A DNA stretch of 64,000 bases, taken from NCBI GenBank assembly GCA_964016885.1, contig OZ024740.1, positions 92,132,001-92,196,000 on the forward strand, written 5' to 3'. Below the pieces are notes generated by a model. That model made no database searches and was not told the origin of the DNA. It saw only the letters and a program-made list of their open reading frames with translations. The position numbers were made by a program, and so were the translations under genes. Positions 16,732 to 32,539 of this stretch are shown piece by piece; positions within the stretch are counted from its first letter, which is position 1, and each line of letters starts with the position of its first letter. The stretch comes from Eledone cirrhosa (taxonomy: Eukaryota).

Positions 16732-16792
16732 ATATATATATTAATGAAAAGTATAGAAATGATTCTAACAAGAAGCCAACATTATTCCATAT

Positions 16793-16861
<69 letters not shown>

Positions 16862-16865
<4 letters not shown>

Positions 16866-17052
16866 TTAATATAGATGAGATTCTACAGGACTAGAACTGT
16901 TTCCTATTTAGAAATCATCAGGATTCCTGATGATTTCTAAGGACGGAAACAGTTCTAGTCCTGTAGAATTTCATCTATAATAACACTTTTATACTCTGCT
17001 ATGTATTGAGTACCTTACTTAGTGTGGTTACCTCCGATTCAACCCGCAATAT

Positions 17053-17056
<4 letters not shown>
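16862..17056. mobile_element. Family K palindrome with two back-to-back hammerheads (16879-16926 -, 16922-16970 +)
   Basis: Centre atcatcagga-t-tcctgatgat at 16924; each arm CTGATGA..GAAA cag..ctg TA gaat. Confidence 0.8.
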
Positions 17057-17142
<86 letters not shown>

Positions 17143-17800
17143 TATATGTATACCGTACGTTTAATTTAAGACATCTTGAAGACATTGCGCTATTATTTCA
17201 GAGTAGTGACGTTATCACATACTTCTTTTCTCAGCAAAAGAAGAGTGAGAAGCTCACAGATCTGTTTCACGCTGTTGGTGTTCCTCAGAGCAACACATTC
17301 GCCGACCTCTGCCGAAAGTTATAGAGGCTGGATTCTCATAGAAATCATTATACCGAGCGATTGACTGTCCAGCAAAAATAACAAAATTAGTATTGGTGCT
17401 TTGAAATAGCGATGTATACATGAATGTATGAATATTATATTGGATGATATACTGTATGTTTAATTAAAAACAATAGTATATATAAACATGGGGCCTGCTG
17501 TCTTTTACATTGTATGAAAAGACATTAAAACGGAAACAGAAATCTGTGGACATACTCCTTTAAGAAAGTCCGGATAAGCCTCCTACATCCAGATATGAGT
17601 CCGTAAACAATAACTCTCTACTTTAGTGGGCCATGGTGTCCAAATCCTGATTTCAAAGATTTCGCCAGCTGCTGCTATTAAGTTAGACATTATCCTTGCC
17701 AACACTGGACGAAATCTATCAAAGTTATCAAGGTTATACGTACACACACATACCTACATACACACACGCATCCCCCTCACACTCACACACACATACACAC

Positions 17801-17837
<37 letters not shown>

Positions 17838-17940
17838 CGTGCATATATATACAAAATGATTTCGATGGTTTATTAGAAAATAAAAAAACAAGTGAACATA
17901 GAATACTTACAAATATATATATATACATTGATACATACAT

Positions 17941-18320
17941 CTCTCATCTGATCTGTCTTATAGTCTGCAGAACATTGGAACGCCACAGATGACCCACCAA
18001 CCAGATCCTTCCATTTGTCTCGCCTCTCTGACTTCTCATGGTTTCACCTACACTTATGCCAGTCCATTCCGGGATATTGGCATCCCATCTATTTTCACTG
18101 TCTGCCTATTCCTCCCTCGTTGTACTGTTCCCTGCAGAACATTGTCGGAAAGCCATGAAGTTCTTGTCACGTGCCCGTACCATCTCAATTTGCGTTTTTA
18201 AAAATGGACCCGCATATCTTCGTAGAGCTCCATGGCTTGCGAAATTCTGTTTCGCACCTCTTCGATGGAGATGCGGTCTCTGTAGGTGGTGACATGTAGC
18301 TTTCTGAAGCATCTCATCTC
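17941..18320 (-). mobile_element. RTE-type LINE 3' fragment
   Basis: Minus strand reads EMRCFRKL..YRDRISIEEVRNRI..KRKLRWYGHVTR..VLQGTVQRGR. Confidence 0.8.
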
Positions 18321-18321
18321 A

Positions 18322-18360
<39 letters not shown>

Positions 18361-18589
18361 GATATATACATGTTGTTTGAATTCCGATGAGCATCGAGAG
18401 GTGAGCACTGTTATATACATGTACTCAATACGTTGGAAATTTATATTCTTTCCATGAAGCACTAGAAGTGTTTCATAGAAATATATGTACGTATATTTAT
18501 CTATTACTCTATTATGTGGTCCCGCCACCAAGCTGAGACCATGCTTGGGCACTAACGTCTTATTTTCCAATTCCACCCAACATATACCT

Positions 18590-19015
18590 TCAATCTATCT
18601 TATTTCACATTCTTTATTTTGATGAAGGACTAGCGCCCGAAACGTTAAGACCCTCTCCCTGCTATTTCAAGCGTTAAACCTAACACATTCCTTCCATGTA
18701 CTCTACATATTTTGTTTTTATTTCTGTTTATCTTGGCGTAGACATACAATACAACAGGAAGAATATAACAGTACCACTGATGATGTTGCGGATATGCAAC
18801 GAAAGAACTTTGTTAGACTATATATATGTTTTATATCTATATTATATCTGTATTTTTGACCGTTGGTCAGTCAATGATAAATAATGAGGATCAAATGCAT
18901 TAACTGTGGAGAAATAACCGATACAGATACAGAAGCGAAAACCAAGCAAACAGTGAGTGTGTTCTGTTATTATTTCTGGCAGTATTATTACAACAATATG
19001 ACCCTCCCCAAGTAT

Positions 19016-19020
<5 letters not shown>
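18590..19020 (+). mobile_element. Diverged PLE 3' terminal remnant with decayed HHR motifs (~18612-18650, 18772-18815)
   Basis: Ends atgaccctccccaagtataacaa(TA)n like 10045 and 58304; CTGATGA-t gttgc..gcaac-GAAA-gaactt. Confidence 0.65.
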
Positions 19021-19079
<59 letters not shown>

Positions 19080-19080
19080 A

Positions 19081-19250
19081 TAGGGTGCACCACCGCCTCT
19101 GTCTGCTAACATATTGCAACAATGGATACACTGGAATCAAACTCTGTCGATCGATTGGTTATTGATTAGGCGATACCCGCTGATGAAGCCACATTTGCCC
19201 TTTATGCATTATTGCATAATATATGCAGACAGGGGATGCGGTGCACCCTA
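19081..19250. mobile_element. MITE-like element (mariner-like termini)
   Basis: tagggtgcacc..ctgtctgc / gcagacag..ggtgcacccta inverted termini. Confidence 0.55.
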
Positions 19251-20178
19251 CTGCTGCATTAAGTGTGACCGAATCTCGAGTTCGGGAGCTACTATAGATA
19301 CCCGTTTAAGTGTCTTGTATTGAAGCGAATAACTATGTGTATACACTGGGAATGTATTTTACATTACCTATTGAGTACGCTGAGATGCAACCTTTCCTAG
19401 AATTTATACATATGCTGGGTCCGTCAACTTATTATCATTGTTATTATATATATATATTTGTTATATTATTGTTATATCGTTAATATGTGTTAAAACATTT
19501 CTGGTAATTAAATGATCTTGATTGAAATCGAAATAAGCATTTCAGTAGAGTAACTAAAGACGACATATACATAAACTTCATTAAGCAAACAAATTGGTGA
19601 CAATGAAAGTGGATAGATATTTATTAAATTCAGGTAACAGCATTTATTGATGCTTGTGTATGTCTGTGTGCTTAATCATGTATCAGTGATTGTCGTTGTG
19701 TGCACGTACGGGTGAATATTTATCTGTTTATGATCGTAAAAGTAATGGGATATGTTTTCTTTTATACATTTATAAGCTATTCCGGGTAATAAAACTGAAA
19801 TTATTGGTACTATAGTCTGTAATAATCTATCATACACTATATATTCATTGGAGATGAGTGATATTTGAACCAAATATATTCTCATTCACTGAAATTATAT
19901 CAAAGCCATATCTCTTACACTCCATAAAGTCTATTGCTCTTCGTAGAGGGTATCTCTTTAGTTGTCTATAATCAGAGAATAGTGAAATGGGGTTTATTGA
20001 TTTATTAATTACTTGGAATTTACCGCTTAGTTATTGCAGTCTTAAAGTTAATCACTTTGCTTTCACTGGAAAGTTTTGTTTCAAGACAAGTAAATTACTG
20101 CCTCCATTGAAATTGGCTACTATTTTCGTTTTTGTACATAATTTCTAACAATAGATAGATAATTAGATAACTGCTACG

Positions 20179-20267
<89 letters not shown>

Positions 20268-21628
20268 TACATTCATGATATCAGAATCGTTTCAATGAGA
20301 CGACTCACGTGTATTAATTTCCTGAGTTAGTTCAGATCCAATCAGGTTTCTATATATATTTATATATATCATTTAGCCTTCAGGTTACATTATATAATTA
20401 AGTCTCGGAGATTAAGATGTCGTTCATATTCCATGCGAATGCTTGAAATACTTGAGCATAGGTCTAAATTTGGACAACATGTTTCCCTGAAACAATACCC
20501 CGACCTGAGTCATATATTAGTTTCTGATTTAGGTACAAGGCCATCATAATAATATATTATATCACAGACAGAAGCCTCACATACACTACAGATATGTATA
20601 TTAGCATTGATCTAGAAAAGTGACTGAAATTTCAGATTATATCCCTCAGCCCATGAAAAAGAAATTCGTCATCTTTGTCCCCGATATGATAAGTCATTCT
20701 ATTAGGGCATAATATTGCTTCGGTGGGGGAAATTTTTAGGAGAAAATTGTCAGAGGCTGGAAAAATCCGAATGATCATGTAGAAGGATATCTTTGAAGAG
20801 AAGTAACCGATGGCTGTAATCGTATGGACATAACAGAGGCTCGATTAGTCTGAAATGGAATCAGGATCAAGATGTAAGTTATAGAATAGGACAGACATAT
20901 GTAAATGTTGATATTGAGTTCAGTGGTATGCATTCTAGGATATATTACACATCTGATTGATACACGATTTCTGTAATAGCAATCAGATATAAATTGCTAA
21001 ACTGTATGCACTAATTGTTACTTACTACTACTAATTGTTACTTAACCCTTTGTGCGTATCCTGCATAATTGGGGAAACATTTTGCTGATTTGCATAACAC
21101 TGTATGGAACACCCTTACAAATAACATCATCGCAAACCTGGTCATGTAAAGTGTCACTGTAGCTTAAAATACAACCATTCAAAAGAAAGATTCAAACAAG
21201 TAGTTGAAGTGAAAAGAATATATGGACATTATAGAAGTGATACGATTTCTATGATAGGCACATAACTAATTGTATTGCATGTGCAAATACATATCACCAA
21301 ATACTATGCGATTTATTGGACTCTTGTTTCATTTTGGACATTGATAGATTAATAAAACTGAAATTATGATTTATTTATGATACATTTAAGTAGGAAATTT
21401 ATTACTTTTGAGATGTTTGTACCCATTGACCATGTAACTAATTATTAACAATGGCGTACCATATGTCATGTCAGATGTTGATTCAACTAGCTTTTTTTAA
21501 TTATATATTTAAATAATAATAACAGAGTTATACCTATGTTTTCTGTCGTTGACGAACGTTTAGTCATATGATTTTCACTAAACATCATAGTTATCATGAT
21601 CAGAAAGTGTGTTAGGTCAAAGAAGAGG

Positions 21629-21855
<227 letters not shown>

Positions 21856-21857
21856 TA

Positions 21858-22045
21858 TATGGCGGTGGATTGGCAGTATCGGTAGAGGTTTGGACGCCAT
21901 GCTTTGACGCAAAGAGTTACGGCCCTTTCCATTCTGAGTTCAAATCCCGCGAAGGTTGACTTTGCCTTTCATCCTTACGGCGTCGATAAAATAAAGTACC
22001 AGTAATACACTGGGTATTTGCTGGCCTTGTGCCAAAGTAGAAAAA
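21858..22045 (+). mobile_element. tRNA-derived SINE (Meta-domain-like core)
   Basis: A box tggcagtatcgg, B box gagttcaaatccc, core gcctttcatccttacggcgtcgataaaataaagtaccag; several copies in window. Confidence 0.85.
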
Positions 22046-22299
22046 ATTAAATACAAGATAAAATAGTAACCTAAAAAACATGAAAGAACAGCCGAACTCC
22101 CACTGTCATCGCTTCCATCTCTCTCACCCTCTCCATCTCTACGTATGGTGAGCAAATATAGTCCTACGTGCTGGCCTCCCAACAGCCCCGGCAGACAGAA
22201 TGGAGGAGGCGTTTACCCTGTGGATGGTAAGGAAGACGAGCTAATAAAAATGAGAGTGATCTATTTTCTCTACTAATATATATTCTGTAATTCAATAAA

Positions 22300-22330
<31 letters not shown>

Positions 22331-22561
22331 TTAGAAACACACTGATACATGCTTACACACACATATACATGAATGCATCCACACCCAACCGTTAGTTAAT
22401 GGTGCCAACCTTACCGATGTTGCTCAATGAATGACTGGGACAGACCAATCCGGTTAAATTAGACTGAACCAGTATCAGAGTTAAAAATACATTATGAAGA
22501 GAGAAGAAACATTTAGATATAATTAGTAATAAAATGTATCATACCTAAACTGCTCCTAGAT

Positions 22562-22651
22562 TCCTCGACTACGTAGTTTCGTAGCATAAACACAAACAAT
22601 ACATCATAAAGATATAGAGTATTTGCGAGGTCAGCCGACTTATCAAGAGGA
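22562..22651 (-). ncRNA. Hammerhead, U3-A8 core
   Basis: tcctc-TTGATAA-gtcggc..gctac-GAAA-ctacgtag-TC-gagga. Confidence 0.75.
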
Positions 22652-23154
22652 TACCTCATTTTACTAGCTTCAATAACGCGTCTACACGACGTGAGAAGGA
22701 ATCCCAAAAGGCGGAGGGGCAGATAATCACGCGATATAACGGTCGAGAAATAGAGCTAAGCCTCTTATAACCCCGAAGAAAATACCACGGATGCGGAGGG
22801 GGTATTTATATCGAAGCCGTAGAAGAGGTGGTGAAGGTGGCGAGAAGTATGAGTAATGGCAGCTTTCCAGGAGTCACCACACTTCAAAGATTACTCGACC
22901 AGAGGGAGTTATGAACAATATATTTAGAAACACACAGATACATGCGGACACACACATATACATGAATGCATCCACACCTAACCGTGAGTTAATGGTGCCA
23001 ACCTTACCGATGTTGCTCAATGAATGACTGGGACAGACCGATCCGGTTGAATTAGACTGAACCAGTATCAGAGTTAAAAATACATTATGAAGAGAGAAGA
23101 AACATTTAGATATAATTAGTAATAAAATGTATCATACCTAAACTGCTCCTAGAT

Positions 23155-23245
23155 TCCTCGACTACGTAGTTTCGTGGCATAAACAAAAAACAATACATCA
23201 TAAAGATATAGAGTCTTTGCGAGTTCTGCCGACTTATCAAGAGGA
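23155..23245 (-). ncRNA. Hammerhead, U3-A8 core
   Basis: tcctc-TTGATAA-gtcggca..tgccac-GAAA-ctacgtag-TC-gagga. Confidence 0.8.
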
Positions 23246-23748
23246 TACCTCATTTTACTAGCTTCAAGAACGCGTCTACACGACGTGAGAAAGAATCCCA
23301 AAAGGGCGGAGGGGGAGATAGTCACGCGATATAACGGTCGAGAAACAGAGCTAAGCCTCTTATAACCCCGAAGAAAATACCACGGAGGCGGAGGGGTATT
23401 TATATCGAAGCCGTAGAAGAGGTGGTGAAGGGGGAGAGAAGTATGAGTAATGGCAGCTTTCCAGCAGTCACCACACTTCAAAGATTACTCGACCAGTGGG
23501 AGTTATGAACAATATATTTAGAAACACACAGATACATGCGGACACACACATATACATGAATGCATCCACACCTAACCGTGAGTTAATGGTGCCAACCTTA
23601 CCGATGTTGCTCAATGAATGACTGGGACAGACCAATCCGGTTGAATTAGACTGAACCAGTATCAGAGTTAAAAATACATTATGAAGAGAGAAGAAACATT
23701 TAGATATAATTAGTAATAAAATGTATCATACCTAAACGGCTCCTAGAT

Positions 23749-23838
23749 TCCTCGACTACGTAGTTTCGTGGCATAAACAAAAACAATACATCATAAAGAT
23801 ATAGAGTCTTTGCGAGGTCTGCCGAATTATCAAGAGGA
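23749..23838 (-). ncRNA. Hammerhead, U3-A8 core
   Basis: Third tandem copy; first stem II base mutated. Confidence 0.7.
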
Positions 23839-24304
23839 TACCTCATTTTACTAGCTTCAAGAACGCGTCTACACGACGCGAGAAAGAATCCCAAAAGGGC
23901 GGAGGGGGAGATAGTCACGCGATATAACGGTCGAGAAACAGAGCTTAGCCTCTTATATCCCCGAAGAAAATACTGGTTCAGTCTAATTCAACCGGATTGG
24001 TCTGTCCCAGTCATTCATTGCGCAACATCGGTAAGGTTTGCACCATTAACTCACGGTTGGGTGTGGATGTATTCATCTATATGTGTGTGTCCGCATGTAT
24101 CTGTGTGTTTCTAAATATATTGTTCATAACTCCCTCTGGTCGAGTAATCTTTGAAGTGTGGTGACTGCTGGAAAGCTGCCATTACTCATACTTCTCGCCT
24201 CCTTCACCACCTCTTCTACAGCTTCGATATAAATACCCCCTCCGCCTTTTGGGATTCTTTCTCACGTCGTGTAGACGCGTTCTTGAAGCTAGTAAAATGA
24301 GGTA

Positions 24305-24388
24305 TCCTCTTGACAAGTCGGCAGACCTCGTAAAGACTCTATATCTTTATGATGTTTTGTTTATGCCACGAAACTACGTAGTCGAGGA
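24305..24388 (+). ncRNA. Hammerhead, U3-A8 core
   Basis: tcctc-TTGACAA-gtcggca..tgccac-GAAA-ctacgtag-TC-gagga. Confidence 0.8.
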
Positions 24389-24454
24389 ATCTAGGAGGTA
24401 TGATACATTTTATTACTAATTATATCTAAATGTTTCTTCTCTCTTCTCTTCATA

Positions 24455-24511
<57 letters not shown>

Positions 24512-24754
24512 TAGTATATATATATATATATATTTAGTAGTAGGCAGGCCGCTGTCTTATTAACAACTCGCTTTCCACTGATTGACCTCGATGTCACGTG
24601 ATTGATTCTTTTTGAATTTGCCACAGACCTAGAGTCAGTGATTTTCTCAATGGCTAGGATTTCAGTCCACGCTTCGCTATTTCCTTTCCACTGAATAATT
24701 TATTTAATAAGTTTCCAGAGTCCTCGCTATGCCTGGAAACTTACATGAAAACAG

Positions 24755-24836
24755 ACTTTCCTGACGACGGAATGCTTTTACATATATTCTTCGGAAAATA
24801 TATTTACTCCATTCCAGAAACTAATTAGTTGGAAGT
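24755..24836 (+). ncRNA. Hammerhead in ~490 bp TA-flanked unit (24535-25025)
   Basis: actttc-CTGACGA-c ggaatg..cattcc a-GAAA-ctaattag-TT-ggaagt; relative of 28931-29836. Confidence 0.8.
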
Positions 24837-25021
24837 GATATTTTAGTAAGTAAGTCAATTTTATAATTTTTTTATAATTTTATAATTTTCTTATCTTACG
24901 TCTCTCATATTATTGTTCTGCAACCCCATGCATTGAACCAGAATGTTACTAAGACAAAACCTATATATTTGCTAGCAACGATATGCATCTGTATGTATAT
25001 AAATGTTACTAGATATAAATT

Positions 25022-25664
<643 letters not shown>

Positions 25665-25665
<1 letters not shown>

Positions 25666-26400
25666 ACATACATGCACACATATATACATATATGTACGTA
25701 TGGATTCACCGAACATTTATTATAATGATTGGTGTGTTTGTAAACAAACATCCCGTATTAAGCCGTAGTGTTTAGCGACCATCGTTTCTCGTTTGTTCAA
25801 CACTGACAAAGGAACGATGTACAAATTTCAAGCTTATTAGCTATCGTCAGCAACGTATACCTTCCTGCCAGATGATTGACCGTCTGAAAGTATATACTTT
25901 GCTTATGCATATTAACGGCTGAATTAGTCCAATTTGCATATCGAGTGGGTTAATCTGCCCGGTGCACCGAAAACGATAAACGGAAAAAATGAAACGTAAT
26001 TTCATTTCACCTCTTAGTACGGCTGTTACTTAAATATCAGTATGTATACGTACATACATATATGTATACAGACGTACAGTAGTATGTATATATATATACA
26101 TACATACATGCACACATATATATATATATATGTACGTATGGATTCACCGAACATTTATTATAATGGTCGGTGTGTTTGTAAACAAACATCCCGTATTAAG
26201 CCGTAGTGTCTAGCAACCATCGTTGCTCGTTTGTTCAACACTGACAAAGGAACGCTGTACTGGTTTCAAGCTTATTAGCTATCGTCAGCAACGTATACCT
26301 TCCTGCCAGATGATTGAACATCTGAAAGTATATACTTTCCTTATGCATTTTAACGGCTGACAGCCAAAATTGCATATCGAGTAGGTTAATCGTCTCCAGT
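25665..26400 (-). mobile_element. Family C PLE terminal repeat, partial tandem (~438 bp period); HHRs 25814-25856 and 26252-26294 (-)
   Basis: gtacgtatggattcaccgaac at ~25694 and ~26132; acgttg-CTGACGA-tagctaataagctt-GAAA-ccag-TA-cagcgt. Confidence 0.85.
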
Positions 26401-27201
26401 ACCCTGTAGAAACACATGGTTGAGTGACATGCGCCCGAGGCTGTCCCTGTACGAGATCGCTAGCATACCCGACAGGTTTAAGCCCATGGGTAACCCTGAG
26501 TTTTACCGGCATTTTTCGTCGAGAAAACTGAAATATATGTTGTCAACGACGACGGATAGGAGCTGGTGGATATCAGTAGAGGTGAGCCCGAATCATTGTA
26601 GGTTGGTAGGTTGAACACGTTTTATCAGTATATCGACCGACGACAGGGAGCGTGGGTTCCGAGGTGTAAAGAGCGACCACATCAAGGCTGAAGGCATATC
26701 TGTTAGCCTTTCTGGTGTAGGGATGCATTTGATGTAGGTGCTCCAACACTTCCTCTGAGCTATTTACGTGTCCCGGCAAGTTATCCAGTAGGATTTAAAA
26801 TATTCTGGCTAGGAGCCATGAAAATGTGTGGAGCGGTCCTTGCATGCACGATACAATAGGCCTGATCTTCAGGTCGGGTCCCTGTTTGTGTGTTTTCAAA
26901 GGTGATAGGAGGCGAGTAGTCTGCTGATCCTCGTGAGGAGATTGTATCTGAGCATCTTCGGGAGCTTCAGCCGGTCACAGATGTTGCTCAAGGCGGCATT
27001 GATGTGCTTCTCGATATGCGCAGGAGTGATTCCTGTGACTTTAGAGTAGAAGCTGTCATCGTGAAGGTGTTGGAGTGCTAGGGTGTTGTAAACCTCTCTG
27101 CTGATGACGCAGAATTATGTTCCCTTGTCGGATGGGAGGTAGATGAGGTTCCTCGATTTCAGGTTGGAGAGAGTGGTGAGTTGATATTTAGAGAAGTTGT
27201 G

Positions 27202-27240
<39 letters not shown>

Positions 27241-27720
27241 TGTAACATATCAGAGATGGAGTGATTTAACCTGATGAGTTTAGTGTCGAGTTCGTGGATG
27301 GTGGTGGGGGGTAGAGTGGGTTGTCGAGGTGGTAAGTGGGGAAATTGGGGCGGGTTGTGTGGGTGCTGTTATTTTCCCTGGAGCTGTTTATGGCGGTCAC
27401 CCATTTAAGTTGGTAGGCGGCTCGGCAGAAGTTGGCTTCGATGTCGAGTTTAAGTCTGTCGTCGAGTCGCTATGATACGATGAATTTGGGTCCGAAGCAC
27501 AGGAGTTCAGGCTCGTCATTCTTTGAGGTGTGGCTCGGTGTTGGTGAATGTGGCGGTGGCGGTTGGTATGTTGCTGTTTATGTTGTGGTCCTGGTATGTC
27601 TGTTTGTTAATGTCGGTGTTTTCGTTGTGGAGTTTAAGCAAGATCCATTCATATTTCCGCTTGAGCCGTTTCTTTAGTTGTGTTGGACTCTGTAGTGGTT
27701 GCATTGGTCGGTTTCTTTTT
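26400..27720 (-). pseudogene. Decayed PLE reverse transcriptase (N-terminal half)
   Basis: LLCFGPKF, IYLPSDKG..YNTLALQHLHDDSFY, KTHKQGPDLKIRPIVS, AFSLDVVALYT. Confidence 0.85.
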
Positions 27721-27798
27721 TGATTTTAAGGAGCAAGTCGCCGGGTGTTAGTGCTAATCAATGTGTCCGCTCTGAGAGTATCCGTTTATGGATGTGTA

Positions 27799-28795
27799 AC
27801 TAGACCTTAAAAATGCGCCAGCTCAAAGGGGACACAGAATGTTATAATAAACCTTCAAAAGTGTGGGACTAGAGTTGTTGCTTAAAAATATTGTAATCAA
27901 TATCTATCGTACACTCTTTGGCATCCTTTTATAAAAAAGATACTCATAACCAACTGAAGACGACACGATAATTATTTAATCGAATGTTCAATATCTCATA
28001 TTAGATGTTTAGTAATGATTAATACGAAATGCACTTAAACCGAATTCTATATTATAAATTCACTTAAATAATTATATTTTACATAATAATTGTTATAGTT
28101 GAATTAATAAAAATTACATACAATCTATAACATACAATCTATAACATAATAATACAAAAATTAGTCTAACATAATAATAATAAAATAATCTAATATAAAA
28201 CGAACAATAATATGGAGAAATATACAAGTAAATATGATACAACCAATATTATAACGAACTGAAAAAAAAATAGTTAATATAAATTAAAAAAATCATATAT
28301 AAATTAACAATATAACTTACAAAATCGAGAAAAATATTTTGAAGATAAAACGATGAAATACAGGACGAAGATCGGTAGGCGAAACGATAAATAAACGTTC
28401 AAACAAAGTGAGGGTGCTTTTGAGCAACAATTACTCTCATTGGTTGATTAGCCAATAAGACGATGAAATTAGCCAATAAGACGATACATTACAAAATATG
28501 TTTGGCAGAGTTCATCGCGGCCAGCGAAACCACTTGAATCTTTTATTTACAAGCTACGCATATATGTTAGACATGCAGAGTTAAAACATTCTGTTGTTAG
28601 TCACTGCGTGTCTAACAGATTGGCGGTTGAGATGTCGCAGGATATGTTTGATACACTCACGGTGTATGCGACAAGCGGTGTTTTGAAAGGCTGGTGTACG
28701 TAGGCACCCTGGTAAACAGATGTTCTAGATTGTGGTGGGGTTGTCATCGTTATTTAGGCAGCGTTTTACGAAAATAATTTGATAACCAACTTTGG
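27799..28795. mobile_element. Unclassified repeat family D (possible Helitron-like CTAG end on -)
   Basis: Homologous to 34188-35117; begins actagacc; duplicated agccaataagacgat motif. Confidence 0.55.
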
Positions 28796-28802
28796 CAAAT
28801 TA

Positions 28803-29885
<1,083 letters not shown>

Positions 29886-29959
29886 TGCTCAGAAGCGATT
29901 CTTAGAGCTGAAATAATTGTAAATGACCCCATTGAGTGTAAACTCTAAATTAGATTATA

Positions 29960-30000
<41 letters not shown>

Positions 30001-30015
30001 ATGTGTATAATTAAG

Positions 30016-30079
<64 letters not shown>

Positions 30080-30557
30080 CATAATTATACAGATGTTTCC
30101 GTATCCTAAGAGAGATAGAGAATAAGAAGATATAGAATAGTCTAGAGAAAGTTGGAAATGTGTGACTGTAATGTACTGTTGGCGCTTCTCTATACATCCA
30201 TACGATTAAATAAATAATCTTTAAGAAATGTTAATCTGAAATAGTAAGAAACACAATGCATTTTTCAGGTTTCAAGATTCTGATATGCTGATGTTTTGTC
30301 AATGAAATTAATGAGAATATCAATAGTTTTGGTTTATTTAAATATGTACGCGAAATGGTTTCTCTTGAGAAACAAATCACAGCATATTGTGGTAATCAAG
30401 TTGACGTAACAAAATATATTGCATTATATTTAAGGGTTAAGGCATTTACGTAAAAAATATGCATCTTAAGTTATTTGCATATATATATATATATGTAAAG
30501 TTTTCGCTGCTTGCATGCTGAATGGTGCCTATTTTAACTTTCATTATTTGTAGAATA

Positions 30558-30748
30558 AAGGGCGGCGAATTGGCAGTATCGGTAGATGGCTGGGCAACAT
30601 GCTTTCTTGCCTAGTTACATCCCTTTACGGTCTAAGTTCATATCCCGTCGAGATTAACTTTGCCTTTCATCCTTACGGGGTCGATAAAATAAAGTAGCAG
30701 TAACGTACTGGGTAATTGCTGACCTTATGCCAAAAGTAGAAACAATTA
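30558..30748 (+). mobile_element. tRNA-derived SINE
   Basis: Homologous to 21858-22045. Confidence 0.85.
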
Positions 30749-30795
30749 TTTGTAGAAAAATCTGATGTATTGCATAATATCTATTATATAATACG

Positions 30796-30982
30796 ATTGT
30801 TTCTACGTTTGAGACAGGGCCAGCAATTATCCCAGTGCATTACTGGCACTTTATTTTATCGAACATGTAAGGACGAAAGGCAAAGTTAACCTCAGTGTTA
30901 TTTGAACACATGCCGTAAAGGGACGTAACTCTATGCTAAAATCATGGTGTCCTACCGTCTAACGATACTGCCAATCCACCAA
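30796..30982 (-). mobile_element. tRNA-derived SINE
   Basis: Reverse-complement copy, tail-to-tail with 30558-30748. Confidence 0.8.
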
Positions 30983-31300
30983 TATAATAAACATGAAACA
31001 CCGAAATAGAAATAATAGGTTTTTTGCCCGTACGGAGAAGTAGAGATGGCAACATTCAAGATTTTGTCCTTAAAGTGATTGTGAACAGTGTGGGGAAACT
31101 TCATGACGAGTTTTCACTTACACAATCACACACACATGCACAGACACACTCTCACACACGTGCACACACACACACACATACACACATATACACGCACACT
31201 CACATACATACACAGACATATATATATATGTTTATATATACATACATCCCTCTCCACACCTCTCTATATCTTTCTCTCTGTCTCTCTCTCTGTATATGTT

Positions 31301-31380
<80 letters not shown>

Positions 31381-31604
31381 TAACAGATTAAAGAATCGCT
31401 GCTTTCACCCTTAACGGGATCTTCTGAAACTAAAATAAATAAATCTGTCAATGCAAAAGTAAATATTTCAAAAAACGTTTTAACCGAAGGAAGACAGGAA
31501 GACGATACTTAGGTCTGTGGAAACGTTCCCTGGCAAAGATAAACGTTCCCCGGATAAAGACAAAGATAATATGTCATAATTTGTAGCAGTGAAAACAATT
31601 ACAG

Positions 31605-32445
31605 ATGCGTTAATTAAAAGGTTGCGATGGGGTGACTTTTATTTCGATAATCTGGGAAAAGCAGACAACAAACATGATACATTTGGGTTTAAAATCTATA
31701 ATATCCCCCCGAGTAACCCAGCTTTGCTACCCTTTGAAAATGATGTCTTGGAACTCATATGGACTATCAAATTCCGGAATAGGAGCGATTCCTTCCAGCA
31801 GGACCTGAAGAATAGAATTCGCTCTATCAAGGAATCTAATTCCGTGCACGTCCACTCCGCCAAAACTGTAAATCTATATCAAGTGGAGCGCAGTACGTAC
31901 CATCAACTGCTACATAATTCTGTAATTAAGGATTACCGTAAATCTAATCGGATCGTCATTAATGAAATCAACGATGCTGGGTTTAAAATCACTTCTGATC
32001 TCAACATCGTGGGCTGGACTGAACCTCTGGACCCTATTTCTCCCCACTTTACCTTGGAGGATCGCAAAACCAATTTCCCGAACAACCCCGGCATATGCAA
32101 TAAGGAACATTGCCGTTTTCTCCTATTCGACATCAACCTACATAGGGTTAACCGACAATAGATTCAAGCAGCGTCTTTACATGCATACCCATTCTTTTCT
32201 TAACCCTTTAAGAAGGAATATGACGTCACTTTCAACTTATATCTGAAATTCAAAAGACAACCACGCCCAATATAAGTTATACTAGGATATCCTACTAAAG
32301 GCTAGATCGTATAACGGAAATAAATACCATGTGACCTCTGCGCCGCTGAGGCCCTGGAAATACTCTACGCCGAAGACCACATCTTAAATAAAAAATCTGA
32401 GGCAATTTCGCCTTGTAAACATAAATTGCACAAAACCTTCCTGTA
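31605..32445 (+). pseudogene. Hydra-clade-like PLE ORF: N-terminus fused by deletion to GIY-YIG C-terminal half
   Basis: LIKRLRW..FGFK..PP..LLPFENDVLELI..IKFR..FQ..AKT.NLY..FTLEDRK.NF, then YIGLTDNRFKQR..CDLCAAEALEI..LNKKSEAISPCKH. Confidence 0.88.
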
Positions 32446-32539
32446 TTACAGCCCCATGTTATACCCTAACGGATAGTACGAACTATACGCGAATATTTTA
32501 CGTATTGATGTGTTAGCTAAGTATATGTTATGTTTATAC

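Larger units (their letters stand above)
22325..24456. mobile_element. Retrozyme-like array: ~2.8 x 594 bp tandem (sense -) plus inverted, internally deleted arm
   Basis: Unit starts at 22331, 22924, 23518; inversion at ~23971; one HHR per unit. Confidence 0.85.

Noticed and set aside
21858-21960. tRNA gene
   Set aside because: A/B boxes belong to a SINE head; no cloverleaf
22513-23918. Repeated 64-110 aa ORFs in the 594 bp unit
   Set aside because: Frames differ between copies and overlap the ribozyme; no protein motif
22325-24456. CRISPR-like array
   Set aside because: Whole units repeat with no unique spacers; eukaryotic context
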